Assembly: GCA_039545335.1 (NCBI GenBank)
Contig: BCIN01000006.1
Location: 186,001 to 250,000 of the forward strand
Length of the DNA: 64,000 bases
Direction of reading: 5' to 3'
DNA from: Kondoa subrosea
Taxonomy: Eukaryota
Under the pieces are notes generated by a model, which did not search any database, was not told the origin of the DNA, and saw nothing but the letters and a program-made list of their open reading frames with translations. This document shows, piece by piece, positions 12,450 through 22,925 of the stretch. The first letter of the stretch is position 1. Each line of letters begins with the position of its first letter. The position numbers were made by a program, and so were the translations under genes.

Positions 12450-14203
12450 CTAGTGAATACTCCAGAAAACCTCTTGAGCCGTCACATGCCCAGAACTACT
12501 GCTAGCGCCGAATTGCAAATGATTGATCTCACTAGGTGTTCCAACTCCCGGTGTGATCATAATGTTGGACTCCGCTCCACCTCTCAGATGTAAAGGAGAA
12601 CCATCATAATCCCTCAAACTTGCGCCGTCATCGTTTTCGTAGATATCTGAATACTGATGATGGATTAGAGGTGGTCTTCTCAGCAACCCTGGATCAGGAT
12701 TAATGATTCTCAGTCGACTGGTTGATTTTCGTTGCAAATAAGGATCTAGAGCTTGTCCAGTACTTGTTGATCTTGAACGAGTGACGGTCGTTGTGGGGGG
12801 TTGGAATGCCAGTAGACTCGATTCATGTGAATGGGAATGTGAACCAGAAGATGAAGAAAAATGATTGGATAAAGAAGGTGCGGGATCATTGTGAGAAGAA
12901 GAAGATGGTACTGGTACTTGTGAAAACTTGATCCAACTTGATTCATCCATGACGGGTCTTTGAACCATTTCAGGGGAGTTGCTAAAGTCCAGAGACGAAA
13001 CTGGACTCGGTGAGAATCGCATGCGAGGAACTGATACTGGTCTTGCTCGGCGGCGTTTGACGCAGAACAGACCAAGCGCAACAAGACCAATGAGACCCAA
13101 GAAGGATCCAATCACACTTCCTGCGATCATGCCTGATGGAACTGTTTGCTGATTTGATTGTACTGGGATAGATGAAAGAGAAGGTTGCATGTAAAGGGAT
13201 GAAGATGAATTGATAATTGATTGGAACGAGGGTTTCATTGATTGCGAGGTACTGCTAGAAGAAGAAGAAGAAGAAGAAGATGAAAGAATAGATGAAGATA
13301 TGGACATTGAAGATGTTGTTACAGTTTTTGACAATTGGGTAGTATTGGACGGTTCGAGCGTGTGTCGTGACAAAGTTGTCGTAGGGGTTCCAACTTCTTC
13401 GTCCTCGATGTCCGAGCTGGATGTAGTAGAGACTGGATCATTAGCGGATTTGGTTGTTTCTGATGATGTGGAGGTAGGTGAAATTTCTGTAGATCGACTT
13501 ATAGGTACGTCTGCTCCGGATGAGGAGGTAGAAGAGGTTGCATTGCCAACGATCGGTGCGCTACGGCAACAAATAAGTCTGAGTTCCTTAGAGATACACG
13601 TGGAAGACACACAGACTCGCCAAGCCAGCAGTCGCGGTCTGTGATAGTATTTTCGAGGTCGATGATGCATCTGTTGATTCGATCTCGATGCTTGTGAGAG
13701 CTAATAATTGGTTTGTTCGGCCAGCGTGAACCAAATCAAATGAATGTCGTTCTTGGGTAAGATTGTGTGCGCTGTAAAGAATCGCTACGGAAGCGGAGAT
13801 CATGCTATCGGATACTGGATTGAGTTCTTCGACAGTTTTGTCCAGTCGAACGGTCAAAGGTGCTGCGATAGGAGCTGGCAGCAGAAGTCCATAGATAGTG
13901 ATGCCCGTTCCTTTGATAACAATGAAACATGTATTAGCACGTTGACTAAGAAGCTCACCAGTAAAATGAAAGCGCAGATTGGCCGCAGGACTTTCTGTAT
14001 ACTGAAGTAATTCAACTTGTCCATACGGCCAGAGACTCGGATTGGAGAGAAACCTGCTTCTTCCCTGAGCTATAGTAGCTGTATTAATATAATGCTACAT
14101 ACTTTTCAAAGGCTGCAGGTATATCTTCCCCTGAAATGAGATTCCAAGCAGAATCAAAGTCTAGAGCACGAGAAGATATCGAAACTGCGCGGGTGAATGA
14201 CAT
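12450..14203 (-). CDS. Single-pass membrane protein: N-terminal beta-sandwich (galactose-binding-like) domain, Ser/Thr stalk, TM, S/P-rich cytoplasmic tail (Mid2/Wsc-like architecture)
   Basis: Spliced N-terminus ...ESPAANLRFHFTGTGITIYG...VRLDK...LYSAHNLTQERHSF. Long S/T tract, then TM GMIAGSVIGSFLGLIGLVALGLFCV followed by KRRR. The start codon is tentative. Confidence 0.7.
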
Positions 14204-14500
14204 TTTGCAAAAGATAGACCAGCCATCAAGTCACAGGGTCACAGTACGAGAGCAAAAGGACAATATTGGTGGAATGGAAAAGGCAGACTTCCAGAAATGC
14301 AGAATCGTCTGAGAAGCACAGACCGTGTTGAGTTTCGGATACAGCTTTGAGGCTCTTCTTATGCATTGACCAGCAGCATCACAGGAGGCTGATGGACGCG
14401 AAAACACACGTCGTCATGCCTTGACAACTTGGTTTTTGAAAAATTATTTATGACGCTGCTCGTGTCCACGACTCGCTATATACCTTGAAGGCCCCATACC

Positions 14501-15720
14501 ATGGGATCTCGTTTAGGGGATGCGTTTCATGCAGGCAAGCGTATGAGTGATGCTACATTACAAAAGATTACTGTGTTCTGCTGGGTAATGATGATGCCTT
14601 TGACTGCACTCGTTACGATTGGCATGTTCTTCAACCCGCTCTTCTGGCCTTACTTGCTCTGGATCAACTTCAATCAACAGCCTGAACATGGAGGTCGACG
14701 TTGGCAGCCTGCTAGGAACTTCTTCATTTGGAGTTACTTTAGGGATTATTTCCCTGTGGATATCAAGCATGAAGAAGACTTGGATCCAAGCAAGAATTAC
14801 TTCTTCTGTATGTCCGGAAACTTTCACTTGATCTGATACATCAACTTATAATGTATTGGCAGGCGCTCATCCTCATGGTATTCTTCCTTTATCCCTCTTC
14901 TCAAATTTCGCAACAGAAGCAACAGAGACAGCAACTCTGTTCCCAAATCACCTCTTTCACTTATGTACTCTCGATTCCAATTTCCATACCCCGATCTTAA
15001 GAGAAATCTTCATGTGGTTGGGAATGATCCCAGTTTCAGAAGGATCAATTCGTTATGTACTTTCACGTCGTTCAACACCATCCAAAGGGAATGTAGTTAT
15101 AGATGTACCTGGTGGATCAAGTGAATCTTTAGATCAGAAACCTGGAACTGCTCGATTAACTATACGGAGAAGAAAAGGGATTTTTAGAATCGCTTTGGAA
15201 GAAGGTGTTCAAATAGTACCGGTCTTTTCTTTTGGTGATGCTGGACTTTGGGAACAGAAATCAAATCCGAAAGGAAGTTGGTTGAGATGGATGCAGGAGA
15301 CAGGAAAGAGCAGTACGTTTTTTACCCAAATACAACATGGATAATGTATAACGACGATCGCAAAGTGATCGGGATGTCACCTACCCTATTCTATGGTCGA
15401 TCGCTATCTGGGAAGAGTTGGGGTTTCTTACCAAGAAGAACAGCTTTGACTACTATCGTTGGTAAACCGCTCGAGGTCAAGAAAGTCGATAAAGCAACAG
15501 ATGAGGATATTGATGAGCTCAGAGAAAGATATATCAAGGAGCTTATTGCTTTGTATGATAGGTGGAAGGTGAGCTATCTTGCTTCGTTCTTCTCAGTCTA
15601 TGAAGCTGACGTTTGGCCAAGGACACTTATGCACCTAATCGAATAGTGCGTTCTCGTATTGAATTCCCTAGGACGAGAGCTGATTTCGCCTTGCAGGAGG
15701 ATTTGAAGATTGTTGGTTGA
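14501..15720 (+). CDS. DGAT2/DAGAT-family acyltransferase (divergent Dga1-like)
   Basis: N-terminal TM hairpin, FRDYFP, HPHG catalytic motif, FATEAT, PILRE, PGGSSES, RKGIFRIA, VPVFSFGD, IVGKP, YIKELIALYD. 4 introns. Confidence 0.88.
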
Positions 15721-16049
15721 TCAAGCTTTCGACTTTGCTTACTAATACATAGAAATGTTATATGGTGAGCATATTTCATTCTTCCTTTAGGCTGATAGCT
15801 GAACACTGACAGAATGCAGATCCAAATAGAGGCTAGAGCATTGAGTATCTTAGAGCTGTACACCACGCATACATAGAGTTTCCAATCGCATTGCTTTGAC
15901 CCAATACAACCGCTGTTACCCCTCACTCTGGTTGATATACATATACTCGACTTGAAGAGTTGATACTCTGGAGATATCCTACACAGTCAAGCAGCTCTGG
16001 TTCCTTTGAGCCGCTCGTGTCTACTTTTCAAGTTCTACATTCGGTGCAA

Positions 16050-17567
16050 ATGGCTTCTTCAGGCAGCAAAGTGCAGTCTCACTTGAAGCAAACTTTCCCA
16101 GAGTATTCATCAACAGATCGCTTAGCTTATCTGTACTCCAATTGGCCATCATCTCGTACTTCCAACCCAACTTCCTTTAGCAATGCTTTATCTTGGTGGC
16201 AGTCCGTTTTGATCTCCTGTCTTCCTCTTCTATCAAACGATCAATTAGTCTTACACGCCAATCCCGAATTGTTGGATCTATTCAAATGGGATAAAGTGGG
16301 TAGACCTGCATGTTTAGGAGCTGTCATCTTGGAACTAGTCAAGACTCGTCGACTAATCGCTCTCAAGGATTTCTTATCAGAAAAGAAACCAATCTCTTTA
16401 TGCTCTTCTACTTCTGCTTCGACGCCGCACGGTCCAGGTTGGCCAAGATGGGTCGCTTCGAATTTAGTAGGCAAACCAATGTGGTGGGCTTTGAGACAAT
16501 TGAGCATTGTAGAAGAAGAGGATGATTCGGATGCAAGACGGCAAAGTAGTGCTCAGAGTTGGAAAGAGGCTCAGAAAGATTGGGTTGTTGTAGAAGCTCT
16601 TCAGGTCCGAAAGATTTCTGTCTTTGCTGCTGTTGTAGCTAAGGCGGTTTCATTTTGGACAGACAATAGCCGACTCGGTTATAGCTATTTATGAAGATAC
16701 TTCGCATCTTAGTCTAACTGAACGTCTTTATTCTTTGTCCAACTTCCAATCTACCTTCTGCCCAAATCTCTCTTCCCTGGATGTCTCCATCTTACTCAAG
16801 CACCTCTCGCGAGATCGGACTATCCTCGTGTACAGAGATGATTGCATCAAATTCCTCTCGCCCGCTTCAACAGAAATCGAATCTGTTACCGAAACCGACA
16901 TAGGCATCCTATCGATCTTTTCAACTCGTCAAGCTCTACTTTCCCAAATCTCTTCTTTAGAAAATCGAATAGCAGAGAAAACCACAAGAATTAAATCATT
17001 GATTGCCAGTCAAAGTAAATCAGGTCAATTTGAAGCGGTTGCGAAAACGCATTTGAAAGCTAGGAAAGAGTTGGAGAAAGTCTTGTTGAAACGAACTGAA
17101 GCTTTAGGTCAGTTGGAGAGCGTTATATTATCTATTGAAGGCGCTGCTTCGGATGTAGAGGTACGTCTCGTCTTATCTGCGAATATAGAGACTTTGATAC
17201 GGTTCAAAACAAACAGATGGTGCGATCATACGCTACTGCTTCGGAAACGCTCAAATCTCTGTTGGCTACACCTGAATTGAAGAAAGAACATGTTGAAAGT
17301 ACGATGGACAACTTGAGCGAATTGATGGCCGACCAGAAGGAGATAGAGCAGATTATCAAAAGTGGTGGTAGAGAAGCCGTGGATGTGGACGAGGATGAAT
17401 TAGAGCAGGAATTGCAAGGCTTGGTTGAAGAGAAGAAAGAGAAAGAAGACAGATCAGAGGACAGGGAACGTCTAGAGAAGCAAAGAGTGCCTACAAATGT
17501 GCCAGGCGAACAAGAGAATGGCAAACACAGAGAGAATCGTCAAGCGATGACGGAGCAATTTAGCTAG
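16050..17567 (+). CDS. CMP7: CHMP7/Cmp7 ESCRT-II/III hybrid (Snf7 family)
   Basis: RLAYLYSNW...SNPTSFSNALSWW and VGRPACLGAVI (winged-helix N-terminus), followed by a Snf7-type helical C-terminus (LESVILSIEGAASDVEMVRSY...VESTMDNL...DEDELEQELQGL). Confidence 0.87.
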
Positions 17568-18645
17568 GGGAAAGACGAAGCATTCATTGTATTAGTGGAA
17601 TGTCATTCATGGATGTATATATATTGTATTCGACTGACTACTTTATTCTCCTACAAAGTTATACCAGACTCCAGATACATCTCCAAACGGTACGACTTCC
17701 GTCGAAACGATCTCTACCTCGATGCCGCTTCATTTGAACTCTACACAATCTCATTGCTCTCTATCCTGCACAACAACCTTCTCACCAGCTCTTTCTATTC
17801 TGATCCTTCCCGATCTTCTTCCTAGCCTTCCACGATCAAGTTGCTTCAATGTTCCTATCGATACTTATCAGAATCGAAAGACGCTTTATGTATAGAGACT
17901 CACGATGGTATGATGGTTAGCGAATCAAGTTGGACGAGTGAATTTGTAGGGGTTCAGCGGATATGCCAACCTAAATTTCAAACTCACAAAATCAGCTCAA
18001 GTTCCGAAGTATAGACAAAGGTAAACTCACCCCTGGAGCCCTTGCCTAATGCTCTGCGCGATGCTCACTTTTCTGAGATCATCACCAACGACGTTCTAAA
18101 CCTTCGAGGGTGTAAAGGAGAATCGTCTGCCCGTTTTGGTTTTTTCGCCAGCTTTCGCTGACGTAGGAACTAAGAAGCAGGGGCTCTGTTTGATGACTAG
18201 AGCGAGAAAGAAGAAGAATGAGCTTGGATTCGAATGGAGATGAAGTGGACTACCCCTGCCGTCCCTAGAGCTCGTCAAAACGAGACAGCTGAAGCATACA
18301 GCATCGAACATTGGAAGCAACTCGACCGCAGTAGGCCAAATGGAAGAAGATCTGGAGAGAACCAGAAAATAAAGAGCAAGCGAGAAAGTTACCATGCAAA
18401 GATTTCGATGATTGAGATGCGTAGGTACCAACTTCTACGTTATCGAGGTGTTGATCATTCCGAGTGGACATGTATCGAGTCTTCTATGTGTCGAATGAGT
18501 AGGCGTTTGAATATAGAAAGGGCATTGCACAGCCAAAAAACGAGACCAAATTTAACGAGCTATCGACAGATGTAAGGACCAGCCTGATCTCAGGATATAT
18601 GTCAGCAAGTATAAGAGAACCCATATAAGGCAACTCACGTTGAAC

Positions 18646-20858
18646 TCAACACTTGCTTCTCTTCTTTTGCCTCTTCAATTCAGCTTCTGCTGCCACAACT
18701 GCTTTCCTCTCGACCCCCTTTGCAATCGCGGCCAAAACCAATTCCTTGCTCTCTTTCAATCCAAGTATTCGATCCTCTATCAATTTAAAGTTCTCGATAG
18801 CCAGTTCTCGGGCTGCTTTTGATACTGCATCGTTCAATTCCAAAGCGTTCAAAGCATCTTCTTGATCATGGAAGCAATCTTCTACCACTTCTAGTTCAGT
18901 CGATGTTGGTCCCTTTCCATCGTTCAAAGCAGCATCGATGATTCGAGTAGTGAAGGCTTGCAATCTGTTTTCGTAACTTTGGATAAGATTGAAATGATGT
19001 TTATGAACTTGAGCCAAGTCTTTCGAAACGGCTGAGGAAGTAGTTGAGGTAGCAATCTCTTCTTTCAGTACATCAGATTCGACCTTGGTAACTGCCAATT
19101 GACTTTGAAGATCGCGAAGAGCCGCATTCTTCTTTTCCATAGCGCACTTCAAGTTGAGCTTCTCAGTCTCGAGAGTAGATTTGAAACTGCAGCTTGTCTG
19201 AGCATCTTGAATGCGTGAAGAAAGGGAAGAGATGTAGCTGGAGAAAGTTCGTTTCAGCTTGTGGAGAATACGCGACGAAGCGGTTTCGAAGAGATTGACT
19301 TGTTGCTGAGCGGAAGTGAGCTGCTGCGAGATAATGGAAGTGTCGACCTGCTCCGAGTTGTTGATTTTGGTGACAATGGTTTCAACAGCTGGGGAAACAG
19401 TAGAAAGAGTGTCGAGAATGAGGTTCAGTTCAACTTCATGGGTAGCGATGCCAGGAGTACGAAGATATGCTGGAGAAGGCGCATTTGGAGTAAAGCGAGC
19501 GGTCTTCTTTGCCTTTGGCTGTTGCAAAGTTCTTCCTTTACTTGCATCGGCATCAACAGCTGCGAACCACCAGAGGATGACTGCGATGAATAGAATTAGC
19601 ACAGATTCAACAAACGAGGAAGGAAGCAACTCACTGCCTCGGAACCAGCAATCAGGCTTGCCCATTCTCCAAACCATCACCAAACACAAGAACCCAGAGC
19701 AACCAAACATCAACATCAATGAATCCCAGATCGCATTCCCGCCTTCTAAGCTATTGATCTTTCGATAAGCTTGTGAAAGTGACTTATTGTAGCTGTCAAC
19801 CAAAGTTTGATGCGATTTGACTTCTCTCTGCACAGTAGCCATTGCTTCTTTCGAAAGAGCTTGGGAAGTAGTAAGTTCAGAGATCTTCCTCAGAGATGAA
19901 GCTAGCTCTTGTTCCAAGTCCTTATTCTTCGTTTCAATTTGCTTGAGAGACATCTTGGTCACAGAAAGATCGAATTTAGTTTCTTTCCAAGCTTGCTCTT
20001 CGCTTTCGAATCTGGCAACAGTGCGCTGAGCTTGAAGCAGATCAGTTTGAGTCTTTGCGTGCTTAGTTCGAAGTGATTTGAGATCAGAACGAGAAGATCG
20101 AAGAGCTTGTTTAGTGATTGCATGACGCTTCTGTTCCGGTAGAGTGCGAGAAGCTAGATCTTTGACCAGAAAAGCGATCATTTCATCTTGTCCTGCGATC
20201 TTGTCCTGTAGACGAGATTGCGCAGGAAGAGATGCTTCCAAGTCAGAGCGAGTTGCATTTGCAAAGACTTGGCTAGACTTCGTTTGCGCAATAAGGTGAT
20301 CGTGATCAGAGCGAACGAAAGCGAGGGAAGAGTGAAGCTGAGAGACTACTTTGCGAAGATGTACTGAATCAGATAGAGCTGCAGCTGATTGTTTGTTGGC
20401 TAGTTGCAATTCGGCTGAGGCTTTCTTGTTCTCGACCTGTTCAACCTGGATAAGGAATGTTAGTCATGTCACCAAGAAACCAGGAGTGCAAAACATACCT
20501 GATGCAAAACACCCGTTTCCTGAAGTCCGCATATCTCATAATCCCACCAGTTTGCCGGAGGCAGTCGAAGCAAGACTTGAGCCGGACGAGAGCAGATATC
20601 TACAGCAGAGACCAATACAGCGGGCTCGATGACAGGAGCATTGAGCAGTGAAGGAATGTTGACTGATGCAGCTGAATGTGAAAAATCGACGAAAGAAAAG
20701 CCAATGAGCAGAGAGATGCAGAGCATGAAGATGCCAGTGACGGCCGCCAAACGGTCTTGAGCTAGAGCAATACATTTGTGTAAAGCAGACTGAGTATAAT
20801 GCTTAGATCTGGCAATTCTGACAGCTCGAAGGTTCATCTTTCTAGAAGACGTGTGTGT
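18646..20858 (-). CDS. Orphan coiled-coil membrane protein (two hydrophobic segments)
   Basis: The 587-aa ORF joins an upstream exon via intron ~20447-20498. Hydrophobic segments AVTGIFMLCISLLIGFSF and LMLMFGCSGFLCLVMVW flank long heptad-rich regions. The start codon is uncertain. Confidence 0.6.
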
Positions 20859-21310
20859 CATATCGGGAGTTGCGGTACGAGAAGAAGAGAAAGAAGAGAA
20901 AGAAACGACTGCTTCATATCTGAGCACTAATGAGGCACATAACATAGGCACAAGTTCGTGATTTGACTGCCAGGCCATTTAGTAAGCGAAACCTTCTTTG
21001 CGCGAATAGTGCAGCTAGATGCCCAGCGAGTAGCCGCGATCGCCATCAGAACAAATTGGAAGGGAGAAAACGTAGGGAACCTCAGAAGGACTTAAAGGCG
21101 AATCTGGGAGTGCGAGTGGTTTGCCAGGTTTGCGATTACAAGACGTGCTTTGAATGATCTGCATAGCTCATAGCAACAGTGATGAATAAGGGCAGCTGAC
21201 AGCAAGCTCCTGATGATTCAGAGATGGTTCGTGAATAAGTTGTCAAAGACGTTTGAGCACAGCTTGGTCCGAAGAGCCACTCTGGATTGTTGTCCTGCTT
21301 CTTGATTTCC

Positions 21311-22835
21311 ATGCAAGATTATCTGCCTCCATTGCGAGCTGTCTTCTTCTCTGTGTTTGATGACCTGGCAGGTCTGAAGCTGCTGTATGAAGTACCTGAA
21401 GGAGCCTGTTCTTTACCTCTAGAAGATGGTGCAAGTCTCTTCGATCTAGCTAGCGATTATGTACTGCCAAAAGAAGGAATTTGTGGACATTTGATTACAA
21501 TCTGCTTGAAGCGACACAAGATCTTGGGCTACCCTGTCTTTCTATCTCGCGACACCTATCAAAGAGGCATGTTTGTCTTCAACGTTTCTTTCGTCTTTGA
21601 TCGGGACTCTGAACTGGCTGCGTACGAACCACTGGTCAGGAAGACAGGCCGAACTCTGAAGGCGCTCGAGGCAGGTTTTGCGCTTTTACGTAGCGCTCAT
21701 GCTAAAGAACGGAATAGGAATCATGTTTTCTACTATCCTCAACTGAAAAGCGAGTCAGAATGCATTCAGTCATCGAGCAATTATAGTCAGTCGAGCGATT
21801 AATCTACGCATGCATGACTCAATCTTATGACAGTGAAGACCTCAATTCATATTCAGAAACCTGTATCAGCTTAACTGGTGTGCATGCGCTAGATCTCCGG
21901 CTATTTCCAATCTTTCGTTTGTTCAACGACATCATCTCTATTGCCAAGTCTGAAGCATTAATTTTAGCCAACCCTCCTCCGGTATCTGACTGGGAAGTAC
22001 CAGTACTGTTAATCAGCCTTGAAGCATTGCAAGATGATAGCTGGGACCTGACTCTCGTGCGACTGATTCCACATATCGATGGCATCACGTCTGTCAAAAT
22101 GATAGCGAAAAGGGCCAATGTAGACGTAGGGTTAGCCAAAGATTGCTTTCAACACCTTCTGTGAGTCTTTCTTCCCATCTTCATGCCGTGCATCAGTATT
22201 AATGATAGATACACAGCTACTACTCTTGCATCATGCTCGTTGACCTGTTCCAATACTCAAATTCCTATGCTTTGGTCGGAGGTGCAGCATCGCTAGGTGT
22301 CAATGCGGCAGATACAAACGAAGAAGGAAGCGATCCAGGTCTGGAATGTGCAGCATACGTCGCAGCTTCGCATAAATCCATTTCAAGTCTCAGACTGTTA
22401 CAGCTCTATTCGAGACTCACGCCCGGTCTAACCGTATCGGAATGGGTGGATCGTAATGAAGTGGATGATACAGCAATAGATGTGCGTAGAATGATGTCTT
22501 TTGGCGTGATCAAGGGTTTTGTCAGACGATGTCATTGCTTCCCAATTTGGCTAGAGCATTCGGATTTGAAGACCACTTCTCGGTCAAGAGGAAGAACGAT
22601 CAGCACTGATCAATCCCAAAATCCCAACCCTTCACGACCAACCTTTCCTCCAGAAATTCCTCCTTCCCTACCAGATCTTTTGAACGGCAAACATCACACG
22701 GATGAATTGTGTTTGAAGTACAAGACAGGCATGTCCGGTCTAACAAGATTGCTCAAAGTGATCGGAGGGCTAGAAGCCGATGCCGAACTAAGCAGTTCTG
22801 TGGATTTAGGAAACGTGAAGCTTTTGTATATATAG
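21311..22835 (+). CDS. NPR2: Nitrogen permease regulator 2 (GATOR1/SEACIT subunit)
   Basis: AVFFSVFD..AGLKLLYEVPEG, SDYVLPK.GICGHLIT, ILGYPV, YQRGMFVFN, EDLNSYSET, WDLTLVRLIPHIDG, DLFQYSNSY, IDVRRMMSFGVIKGFVRR, DELC. The first intron is GC-AG (donor at 21671). Confidence 0.94.
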
Positions 22836-22925
22836 AGAAGAGACTACAGGTCTTGCATTACACGAGGTGTGGCAGCCGAAAACATGTAGCATACATATTC
22901 ACATTGTAGCAAATACATTTTTGCA

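Noticed and set aside
13210..13644. Acidic 144-aa plus-strand ORF with poly-Glu
   Set aside because: It is the antisense shadow of the Ser/Thr-rich stalk. The same applies to many short antisense ORFs over TFC3, ATR and CASC3.
4029..15720. Cupin + GNAT + 2x GT62 + acyltransferase as a glycolipid or secondary-metabolite gene cluster
   Set aside because: There is no backbone synthase, transporter or regulator, the run is interrupted by the housekeeping gene SF3B6, and GT62 enzymes are Golgi-lumenal. Adjacency alone is insufficient.
17650..18645. Telomerase RNA or C/D snoRNA in the spliced non-coding region
   Set aside because: No CTAACCCTAA-type template is present. A lone GTGATGA near 18085 has no convincing D box, terminal stem or guide.
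19581..19634. Apparent extra TM segment (SELLPSSFVESVLILFIA) in the coiled-coil ORF
   Set aside because: It is a 54-nt stop-free canonical intron (GTGAGT..GCTAA..CAG) that the ORF finder read through.
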